Below are positions 54,346 to 64,000 of a DNA stretch of 64,000 nucleotides, piece by piece. Position 1 is the stretch's first letter. Each line of letters starts with the position of its first letter. The notes beneath the pieces are model-generated. The model searched no databases and was not told the origin of the DNA. It was given only the letters and a program-made list of their open reading frames with translations. Made by a program: the position numbers and the translations under genes. Source of the stretch: Octopus sinensis (Eukaryota); the NCBI RefSeq assembly GCF_006345805.1, contig NC_043000.1, positions 158,534,001 through 158,598,000 on the forward strand, written 5' to 3'.

Positions 54346-55283
54346 TTATATTCTCAAGACTTACACCCTTTAGCACGATATTCCTCATAAAAAAATCCAA
54401 GAAAAGTATCAAAATGTGACTGATGGTATAAGAATAAAATGAATATCATTCGAGATTTTCACTATTTCAGGTTTATGTAACGCCGGAGTCAAATCTTGCT
54501 TGGATACGAATCTGGTCTGTGATAACGATTTAAAAGGGTTGTGCATTTTGGCACAAGGTTAGTAATTTTGAAGGGTTGGAGCTATTCGATTACATTGAAG
54601 CACTATTCATAAGCAAACTTATCTGAATACATAGAAATGCAATAAAGATAACCTAGCAATTTCTGGGTTAGTAGCTATCTGTCGACATTTACTTCTTTCG
54701 ACGCTTTAACTATCATCCACTGTCCACTAGTAATATTTGATTTAATGTATGGAATTTTATATGTTCAAAAAAATATCATCACATTCATATGACACTTGGT
54801 ATCTGCACCCGATTCATGCTTGTCATACAGCATAATTTTCACAGTTCAGAGCACCGACATTGAATCTCAGGACCACGTTACGTTATCACAAGATCATAAA
54901 TCTTCCGCCGGGAATGAATGTTGAGGTCATTTTCGTCTATTTTGTATACCTTTTTTGTACAATGACAATTTCTGTTCTCTTCCTTTAGTCTCAATTCGCA
55001 GAGTGACTACGACAATTCTGCCTCTATTTTTTTCCCATGGCTCAAGTACTAAATTTGGCGGAGCTGCAACTATCGTTCCATCTCAAGATACTGTTGATAG
55101 AATAGTCTCTAAGGATCGCTGTCACTGATCTACTACTATTCAGTGCTCATTCTCTCTCTCTGTCTCTCTCTGTCTGTCTCTCTCTGTCTGTCTCTCTCTC
55201 TCTCTCAGAATCTCTCTCTGTATGTGTGTTTCTGTGGGTGTATATATTCAGTTTCAGGAGAGAAAGCACTTTTATATTATTCA

Positions 55284-55859
55284 GTTTTGATAGTGTTCCC
55301 CACTCAAGGATCCTAGAAACACTAGCCATAAACAAAGTAACACCAATAATCATAAACTATATAAAACATTCCATGAACAAATTGCAGACAGTGTTATAGC
55401 TCCAGACAAAAGAAGGACTCATAAAAACCAAAGCCATCCCCATTAGAAGAGAAATATTCCAGGGAGATACGCTCTCTCAACTCTTTTACTGCTTGGCACT
55501 GACATCTTTATCTGTCATGCTAAACAGAACTTAATGTGGATATGACTGTTACGGCCAAACAATCAACCATCTCTTGTATATGGATGATCTAAAACTGTAC
55601 GCTACAAATAATAAACAGCTGGACATTCACTACGAACAGTACGTGGATTTACCAAAGAACTAAACATGAAATGAGGTTTAGAAAAATGTGCCAAAATAAC
55701 ATTGAAAAGATGATAACTAGTTAAGAGTAACAACATCACACTAGATAAAGCAAATGAAATAAGAGAATTAGACCAAAGCCAGATATATAATTACATAGGA
55801 AGCAATGAACTAGATACGATTTAACATACAAAAATGAAAGAGAAGATAAAAAGGAATAC
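55284..55859 (+). mobile_element. R4/Dong-like reverse transcriptase fragment (pseudogene)
   Basis: FDSVPHSRILETL..IRREIFQGDTLSQLFYCLAL..INHLLYMDDLKLYA..GLEKCA..KMKEKIKKEY, with several stops. Confidence 0.88.
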
Positions 55860-55998
55860 TTAGCGGTTTGGCAAAAGAGACCGAGAGAATAAGAATCAAG
55901 CTTAGAAAAAGAAGTGCTGAGATCGATTCGTTCGACTCAAAAACTCAAGGCGGTGCTCCAGCATGGCTGCAGTGTATTGACTGTATCAACTAAAAGAT
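55859..55998 (+). mobile_element. SINE family A 3' tail
   Basis: CTTAGCGGTTTGGCAAAAGAGACCGA..GGCGGTGCTCCAGCATGGCTGCAGT. Confidence 0.8.
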
Positions 55999-57694
55999 AT
56001 TAGTGAATAAGTAATACAATCGATGCTATCGTCTACCCAGTTCTAGATAGTTCAAGCTTGGTGCCTCTGTGAGTAAGAATGATTATCATTATAAGAAATG
56101 GCACACTGGGGAGTAGAAACGATACAGGAGATGTTTAAATGTTTTGTGATCTTGATTGCAACAATTTGCCATTTATTTTCATGTCATGTCTTCTACGATT
56201 TTGTTTCACATCAATCTGAAACTGATAAAATATATATCATTGAAACGCATGCCTCTATTGCATACAGTACATTCAACCTTTATTTTTTCTGGTCTTATTC
56301 TTTTATTTCATATCATTATTATTTAACATAATATTTCAGACGTTCACCTAATATCTCATATAACTGATTGGCAATATCAATAAGAAGTGTATCCTGGGAA
56401 ATCATGGTACCTTTAATTATTATGATAGTTGGTCTTATAAGAATTGCAAATCAATTATAAATCATTTCTTGTTTGTTGCTAGATGCTGCTGCGGCTGCTG
56501 CTGCTAATTACACCAGTAATATTATATTAGTAATAGTAATATTGTTTTCCTTTTCCCTTTATTTGCCTTAGGGGAATCAAATGAAGGGATATTACAAAGT
56601 TTGCCACTTGCATGAGGTGGAGTAGAGTGGGGGTCCACAGGCATGATGATAAAGAAGGGGTGAGGAGGGCGAAATGAGATAAGAGTATTTAAAGTTCACA
56701 AAATATGTGAACACATGAAGGATGCAGTCCGTCCTCTTTATACGAGGGCCAATAATTGAAGCCCACAGATTCAGCATCAATTTGACTCCCAAAAGCATGA
56801 ACATTTTCCCAGCTGTTGTCTTCTAATCACCAAACACGGGCTTAGAGTTTGTATATTTATCCTAACCATTTTCCCCACATTCACCCATTTTACACACATT
56901 TAATGGGAAGCTTTTCCCTCGTCACTGTCACTTTCCTTTGCAAGTGGCATTGGCAATGTCGATGATGGATTGGCTGAAGAGGAAAATGTATTTACTCCAA
57001 AATGGAGGCCAACATCAATTTTTTTCTGTAATTGGCTTCACGAATTGCTGAGATATTTTCTTAACACAAAGCCAGTGGTAACCTTAATACACAACTAAAG
57101 AATCTTTATCTATCAATGCGGTATCGATCACTCGTTTTCATTGGCTGTGTGGCAAGAAGCTTCTTCCCAATCCACAGCGGTTTCCCGACTTTTTTCTATG
57201 TATCCGATTTATGATTTAAATATCACTACCCGTATCCAAATGTAGTTTAAAGTTTACACCATTTATTTTTACGTATAAGAATTTTCTTTTTGTGTGTGTG
57301 TTGCATTCATTTTCTACTACAAACACATAAAAACTTTTTGTGTCCGACCCTCGTAATCTTGTGTTGCCGTGTAAGCTCTTGTGACCACGTTTCTGAAAAC
57401 TTTAGCATGTTTGGTTTTTAAACGGACACTCTTTTCTGAAGTGTAGGTCTCCACGTCTATAACATGGATTGAGGCCTGACATTCCTTTTTGGTTGTAATT
57501 TCGGGACGGCCCATCTTTATTTTTTGCGAAATCTCTCTCTTGAATTAATTTCACGTCGTGCTTCAGGTTTACCATTGTTTGACATTCCTCTGCTATGGTC
57601 TATAGGGCTAGGTCTTAGTTTGCTTGATACATACATACATACATATATACATACATCTATATCTATCTATTTATCTATCTATACACATATATAT

Positions 57695-57750
<56 letters not shown>

Positions 57751-57850
57751 TACCGGAGGAAGCACATAAATGTGAAACAAGGTGGAAAAAAGAGTACTCA
57801 AATACCAAAGGTAGAGTAATATGCTTTATTTAACGCAGCAGAACTATAAC

Positions 57851-57998
57851 AAAAGTTGTTACTCAGAGTTTCACGTTCCCGTTCGTCGGACAGTTTTGTT
57901 AAAATAAAAATTTAAATAAAAATTAAAATAAAAATAAATTTTTTTTTAAACAAAACTGTCCGACGAACGGGAACATGAAACTCTGAGTAACAGCTTTT
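57851..57998. repeat. 50-bp-arm inverted repeat made of two divergent hammerhead variants
   Basis: Plus strand 57956-57993: ctgt-CCGACGA-acg/ggaa/cat-GAAA-ctc/t/gag-TA-acag. The minus-strand copy at 57857-57893 has the paired acg/cgt helix II. Confidence 0.85.
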
Positions 57999-58903
57999 AA
58001 ATATAGCGTATATATGCTTTTAAATATAGTATTAAAATTTTTTCGTTTGCCCTCATTTATAAGTTGTTTATAATTTTAACCGTTAAAGGTATTTTTTAAT
58101 ATGCTGGCCATTGATAAATTTTTTTTTTTCGAAAATATTTTATCCTACATTAAATATAAATTTAATAGTGTTCACTTCCGGATTATCTCACTCTGTGAGA
58201 GCCTCAGTTCAAAACGCACGTGTCTTGAATGGGCTGGAGTATTTCTATTTTGGATGTATTTGGGGTACTTAATTGTTCTCATCACTTAGTGTTTTGCTTC
58301 TTCCATGGGTATGAGTAAGTATCTCATTTATTTCTTTGCCACATTTATCACTGAAAAAGGGAGGGTTCTTACAAACTAACCCTGAAATCCGTCCGATATG
58401 GTAATAATGGAATTTTTTAGAAATTTCTGTTGGCTTTTTTTCGAGTAGCGTGCGTATTGTGAAAAATTATATGGTTATGGAAAATTATTGCCAATTTTCG
58501 GCATATTTGGCATTAGAAACTTTTTCGTTTGCCCTTATTTATAAGTTATATATACATATATGCATATTCCTTTAACTTTTTATTCCTTTGCTGGTTCCAC
58601 TAAGAAGTTATGACCAGGATCTTCTCTGTTGCTGTCACAAGTTTTAAATGAATTTTTAAATGAGGACAAAATTTTAAATTTTCGTGTAGGGAAGCAATTT
58701 TTAACGTTGAAACTGATGTTATTCTCTTGTTCCAGAAAAAATTTGAAAAATGTGACAGAAGTTCAATAATTTTTATCCAAACAGAAAATAGTATTTGGAA
58801 CCTGGCATTTAGCGCGTGACAGTTGTGAAGCACAGCACTACAAGTAAACTCACACAAATAAACATAAGCGCACAAACTTTACTTTTCGTCGAGCAGTTGT
58901 GAG

Positions 58904-58939
<36 letters not shown>

Positions 58940-58943
<4 letters not shown>

Positions 58944-59416
58944 TATTCAAAGGAATTCCAACTCTGTGTTTAATGTTTCATTTATATTCTTTACAATATT
59001 AATGTAGAATATAGAATATATAGTATAAATAATATATATATATATAGTAAAATGAAATGAAGTATTGATTGTTGTCTTATTGAATAGATGAAATATTGAA
59101 TATCAAATATTAAGTGTCTAGTATACTTCCTTGCATTAAAGCAGTCTTCAAGGTCCCAGGTTGTGACAGGAGTGTTTGACAGTTGAAACATTCCTGTCAC
59201 AACCTGGGACCTTGAAGACTGCTTAAATGCAAGAAAGTATACTAGACCCTTAATATTTGATATTCAATATTTCATCTATTCAATAAGACAATCAATACTT
59301 CATTTTATTTTACTATATATGCTATTTATACTATATATTCTATATTCTACATTCATATTATAAAGAATGTAATTGAAACATAAGAAAAACAGAGTTGGAA
59401 TTCCTTTGAATAATAT
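58940..59416. repeat. ~480-bp near-perfect palindrome with hammerhead-like motif in each arm
   Basis: Centre ~59181. At 59206-59249: gggacc-TTGAAGA-ctgc/ttaaat/gcaa-GAAA-gtatac-TA-gaccc. TA-rich flanks. Confidence 0.92.
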
Positions 59417-59475
59417 ATATCCCTCCATATACAATCATACAAACTCCTTTATATATATGTATATATGCATATATA

Positions 59476-60646
59476 CGAGGGGCGTTCAATAAGTAATGCC
59501 CCTAACCCACTTCCCATAACAGTAGAGCAACGAAATTTGGCACAGTTATTAGTCTGTTTCTATATAAGAACCATCCAGAGTTAAGCATTTCTCCCATCGT
59601 TTTTAGAAGACCCCAGCTTGGTCCTCCAACCACGACGTGACTTCAGAAATCAAGGCTGCATCATCTGGGAAACACTTCCCTTTCAAAAACAGCTTCATGG
59701 CTGGGAAGAGGTGCAAATCAGAGGGTGCAAGTTCAGGAGAGTAGGGGGGATGGGGGAGGAGTTCATAGCCGTACGCCTGAGCTTCTGATCTGGCCACACG
59801 TGAGTTGTGGACCGGAGCGTTGTCCTGCAGGAGGAGGATGCCTTTGCTTATCTTGCCCCGCCTCTTGATGTTGATAGCTTCTCTTAATTTCCTCAAAAGT
59901 GAAGCATATTAGGCTCCTGTAATTGTGGTACCCTTTGCCAGGAAATCTATCATCACGACTCCGTCCTGGTCCCAGAAGACTGTGAGCATGACCTTGCCAG
60001 CGGAGGGCTGAACCCTTGCCTTCTTTGGAGGAGGTAACTCACGGTGCTTCCACTGCTTTGACTGGGCTTTGGTCTCTGGATCATAGTGATGGACCCAGGT
60101 TTCATCCTGTGTAATCAGTCTTTTGAAAAATTTTGACTCATCTTTTTGGCACATCTCCAAATTCCTCCTTGAGCACTCGACGCGTTCTTGCTTCTGGAAA
60201 GGTATAAGCAACCTGGGAATCCATCTGGCAGACATTTTGCATATGCAAATGGTCATGAATAATAGTTTCCACAGACCCGGTACTAATCTCGACCTCATGG
60301 GCTATTTGGCGAATAGTTATGCGTCGATCTTCCAAAATGGCAGCCTCAACTTGACGAACAGATGCCTCATCAATGGCAGAAGGGGGGGGCGACCAGATCA
60401 GAGAGCTGTTTCCACAGAGTTCCGACCATGTTTGAATTCACATTGCCAGCATTTTACAAGGTCATATGATGGGGCATCATCACCATATGATACTTTCATT
60501 TCATCAAAAATCTCCCGTGGTGTCCGTAGTTCAAAGCTGTAATTTGCCAATTAATCTAGAGAAATATAACTAATTGCACATGCAAAATTTCAGCTAGATC
60601 AAACAAGTGCAAGTGGATTAGGGACATTACTTATTGAACGTCCCTC

Positions 60647-60647
<1 letters not shown>
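59476..60647 (-). mobile_element. mariner of the same family as 40892-42172, with deletions
   Basis: Same TIRs. SARWIPRLL..QDETWVHHYDPETK..LLLQDNAPVH..PHPPYSPELAPSDLHLF. The start-codon region is deleted near 60526. Confidence 0.95.
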
Positions 60648-60714
<67 letters not shown>

Positions 60715-60737
60715 ATATATATATATATATATATATA

Positions 60738-60782
<45 letters not shown>

Positions 60783-60864
60783 TATATACATATATATAAA
60801 GAGGTTAATATACATATATATATATATGTGTGTATATATATATATATATGGATATATATATATT

Positions 60865-60895
<31 letters not shown>

Positions 60896-60908
60896 GGATA
60901 TATATATT

Positions 60909-60945
<37 letters not shown>

Positions 60946-60947
<2 letters not shown>

Positions 60948-61840
60948 TTTGATACTTACTTTGATAGGTTTCGGCCATTATTGGCCCAGGCCATGTCTAA
61001 CTTAATAGCACCACCTGGTGAAGTCTTTCAAGTCAGAATTTGGGCACTATGGCCCACTCAAGTAGAGAGTTATTGTTTACAGAGACATATCCGGGTGTAG
61101 GGGGTTTATCCGGGATTTCTTGAAGGAATCTGTCCAAAGACTTCTTGAACCCTATAGGGTCAGTTTCTGTTTTAATGTGTTTTGGTGTAATGTTAAAGAG
61201 AGCGGGGCCAATTGAGGTGAAATAATTGTGCCGTATTGTTGTTATGAGATGAGAGTGCGATTTTTGTTTTGGGCGGATGGCACGGGGCCCAAGCCTTGGA
61301 TGTACCTTAAAGGTGATGCCAACATCATTTGGGCAATGCTGATGGAATATTTTCCACATCATGCTGATGATGTAGCGCTCACGACGAAGTTGGAGAGAAT
61401 AAAGTTTTAGCTTTTCGAGTCGACCCCAATAGTCGAGGCCTGTCATGCCATCTATCTTTTTTGTGATTGCCCTTTGAGGTGCTTCAACTTTTATGATACT
61501 TTGTTTTGTGTGGGGAGACCACAGTGGACAACAGTATTCAAGGTGGGGTCGGGCAAAAGTGGAGAAGAGAAGGATAATGGTGTGGATATCTCTCGACTGG
61601 AAAGTTCTGAGAATCCAAGAACACATTCTGCGGGCCATGTCAACTTTGGTGTTTATATGAGTGTCCCAGCTTATGTTGTTGTCCACAATTACTCCCAAGT
61701 CTCTGATGTTGTTGGATTCTACGAGAGTTTCACTTGAAGGAAGGGAGTATGGGAGTTTCAGGGCATCCTCTTTTCCAAAGTGGATTAACTCAAATTTATC
61801 CTCGTTCAGCAGCATATTGTTCTTTTCTGCCCATTGGAAA
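60946..61840 (-). mobile_element. 5'-truncated CR1/L2-group LINE, copy 1 (open 260-aa ORF2 C-terminus at 61033-61815)
   Basis: [47 protein letters not shown]; 3' tail of TATCAAAG repeats running into (TA)n. Confidence 0.9.
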
Positions 61841-61886
61841 TATATATATAATATATATATATAATATACATATATATATATATATA

Positions 61887-61924
<38 letters not shown>

Positions 61925-61975
61925 ATATATATATATATACATATATATAAAGAGGTTAATATACATATATATATA

Positions 61976-62010
<35 letters not shown>

Positions 62011-62064
62011 GGATATATATATTTATGTATATATATATATATATATATATATGGATATATATAT

Positions 62065-62105
<41 letters not shown>

Positions 62106-62136
62106 ATATATATATATATATATTATATATATATAT

Positions 62137-63032
62137 ACTTTGATACTTTGATACTTTGATAGGTTTCGACCATTATTGGCCCAGGCCATGTCTAACTTAA
62201 TAGCACCACCTGGTGAAGTCTTTCAAGTCAGAATTTGGGCACTATGGCCCACTCAAGTAGAGAGTTATTGTTTACAGAGACATATCCGGGTGTAGGGGGT
62301 TTATCCGGGATTTCTTGAAGGAATCTGTCCAAAGACTTCTTGAACCCTATAGGGTCAGTTTCTGTTTTAATGTGTTTTGGTGTAATGTTAAAGAGAGCGG
62401 GGCCAATTGAGGTGAAATAATTGTGCCGTATTGTTGTTATGAGATGAGAGTGCGATTTTTGTTTTGGGCGGATGGCACGGGGCCCAAGCCTTGGATGTAC
62501 CTTAAAGGTGATGCCAACATCATTTGGGCAATGCTGATGGAATATTTTCCACATCATGCAGATGATGTAGCGCTCACGACGAAGTTGGAGAGAATAAAGT
62601 TTTAGCTTTTCGAGTCGACCCCAATAGTCGAGGCCTGTCATGCCATCTATCTTTTTTGTGATTGCCCTTTGAGGTGCTTCAACTTTTATGATACTTTCTT
62701 TTGTGTGGGGAGACCACAGTGGACAACAGTATTCAAGGTGGGGACGGGCAAAGGTGGAGAAGAGAAGGATAATGGTGTGGATATCTCTCGACTGGAAGGT
62801 TCTGAGAATCCAAGAACACATTCTGCGGGCCATGTCAACTTTGGTGTTTATATGAGTGTCCCAGCTTATGTTGTTGTCCACAATTACTCCCAAGTCTCTG
62901 ATGTTGTTGGATTCTACGAGAGTTTCACTTGAAGGCAGGGAGTATGGGAGTTTCAGGACATCCTCTTTTCCAAAGTGGATTAACTCAAATGTATCCTCGT
63001 TCATCAGCATATTGTTCTTTTCTGCCCATTGG

Positions 63033-63034
<2 letters not shown>
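62137..63034 (-). mobile_element. 5'-truncated CR1/L2-group LINE, copy 2 (ORF at 62228-63010)
   Basis: About ten substitutions from copy 1 by eye; identical truncation point. Confidence 0.9.
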
Positions 63035-63070
<36 letters not shown>

Positions 63071-63073
<3 letters not shown>

Positions 63074-63292
63074 CTGGCAGGAACCTTAGCACGCCTGCCG
63101 AAATGCTCAGCGGTATTTCGTTTGCTGTTACGTTCTGAGTTCAAATTCCGCTGAGTTCGACTTTGCCTTTCATCCTTTCGCGGTCGATAAATTAAGTGCC
63201 AGTTACGCACTGGGGTCGATGTAATCGGCTTAATCCCTTTGTCCGTCTTGGTTTGTCCCTTCTATGTTTAGCCCATTGTGGGCAATAAAGAA
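63071..63292 (+). mobile_element. SINE family B (Deu/Nin-like core)
   Basis: GAGCTGGCAGGAACCTTAGC..GAGTTCAAATTCC (B box)..GCCTTTCATCCTTTCGCGGTCGATAAATTAAGTGCCAG. Confidence 0.9.
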
Positions 63293-63301
63293 AAAAAATA
63301 C

Positions 63302-63407
<106 letters not shown>

Positions 63408-63546
63408 TACATACATACATATATGCCCATGCTAAAAACTTCCAGTGTATTCAATGATTGTTTATATTATATAGCATGCGTATATTTCTGTGCAGGTTCA
63501 CAGAATCAAGAGTTAGCTACGCAACAAGAGCTACTACTAAAACCCT

Positions 63547-63880
63547 TATTCTTATTCTTCTTCTTCTTCTTCTTCTTCTTCTTCTTCTTCTTCTTCTTCT
63601 TCTTCTTCTTCTTCTTCTTTCTTTTTCTTCGTCTTCTTCTTCTTTCTTTTTCTTCTTCTCCTTTTCTTTTTCTTCTTCTTTTACTTCTGCTATTTCTTCT
63701 ACGATCTCTATTTCTTCTTCTATATCTTCTTCTTCTTATTCTTATTCTTATTCTTATTCTTCGTCGTCGTCGTCGTCGTCGTCGTCGTAGTAGTAGTAGT
63801 AGTTGTAGTAGTAGTAGTTGTTGCTGTTGCTGTTGCTGTTGCGACTGTTGCTGTTGTTTGATGTTGTTATTGTTGTTGTA
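63547..63880. repeat. compound trinucleotide tract (TTC)n-(TCG)n-(TAG)n-(TTG/CTG)n
   Basis: Directly visible. Confidence 0.95.
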
Positions 63881-64000
63881 GTATTCCTTGCAAGAGTTTT
63901 ACTGATTTTTATCCACATTTGTTTTACTTCCTACTTCAGATATTATCTTCAGTCGATGAAGACACTAGAAATGTTCACAATCTTTAAATAATAATAAATG

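Noticed and set aside
57317-57580. Tc1-like GRPEITTKKE motif
   Set aside because: A single short motif without TIRs or a catalytic domain; too weak to call.
58038-58550. ~30-bp direct repeat TTTTTCGTTTGCCCT(C/T)ATTTATAAGTT about 480 bp apart
   Set aside because: Real, but I could not assign the intervening sequence to any element or function.

Overview
AT-rich, microsatellite-saturated eukaryotic DNA. The repeat families look like those of coleoid cephalopods, probably Octopus (inference). I found no host protein-coding gene I can support, and most listed ORFs are translations of simple repeats. The window holds: five mariner elements or remnants; two tRNA-derived SINE families; R4/Dong-type, L1/Tx1-type and CR1/L2-type LINE fragments; a Penelope-like GIY-YIG remnant; and a ~7.5 kb (TAA)n array carrying several insertions. 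The main signal is a set of hammerhead ribozyme motifs from at least seven unrelated sequence families. The best is a non-coding 487-bp tandem unit at 29.7-31.1 kb with three intact type I hammerheads, which looks like a retrozyme able to yield a circular RNA. Six hammerhead-associated insertions share one architecture: divergent (head-to-head) inverted arms, usually bounded by (TA)n. All structures were paired by eye, and no activity has been shown.
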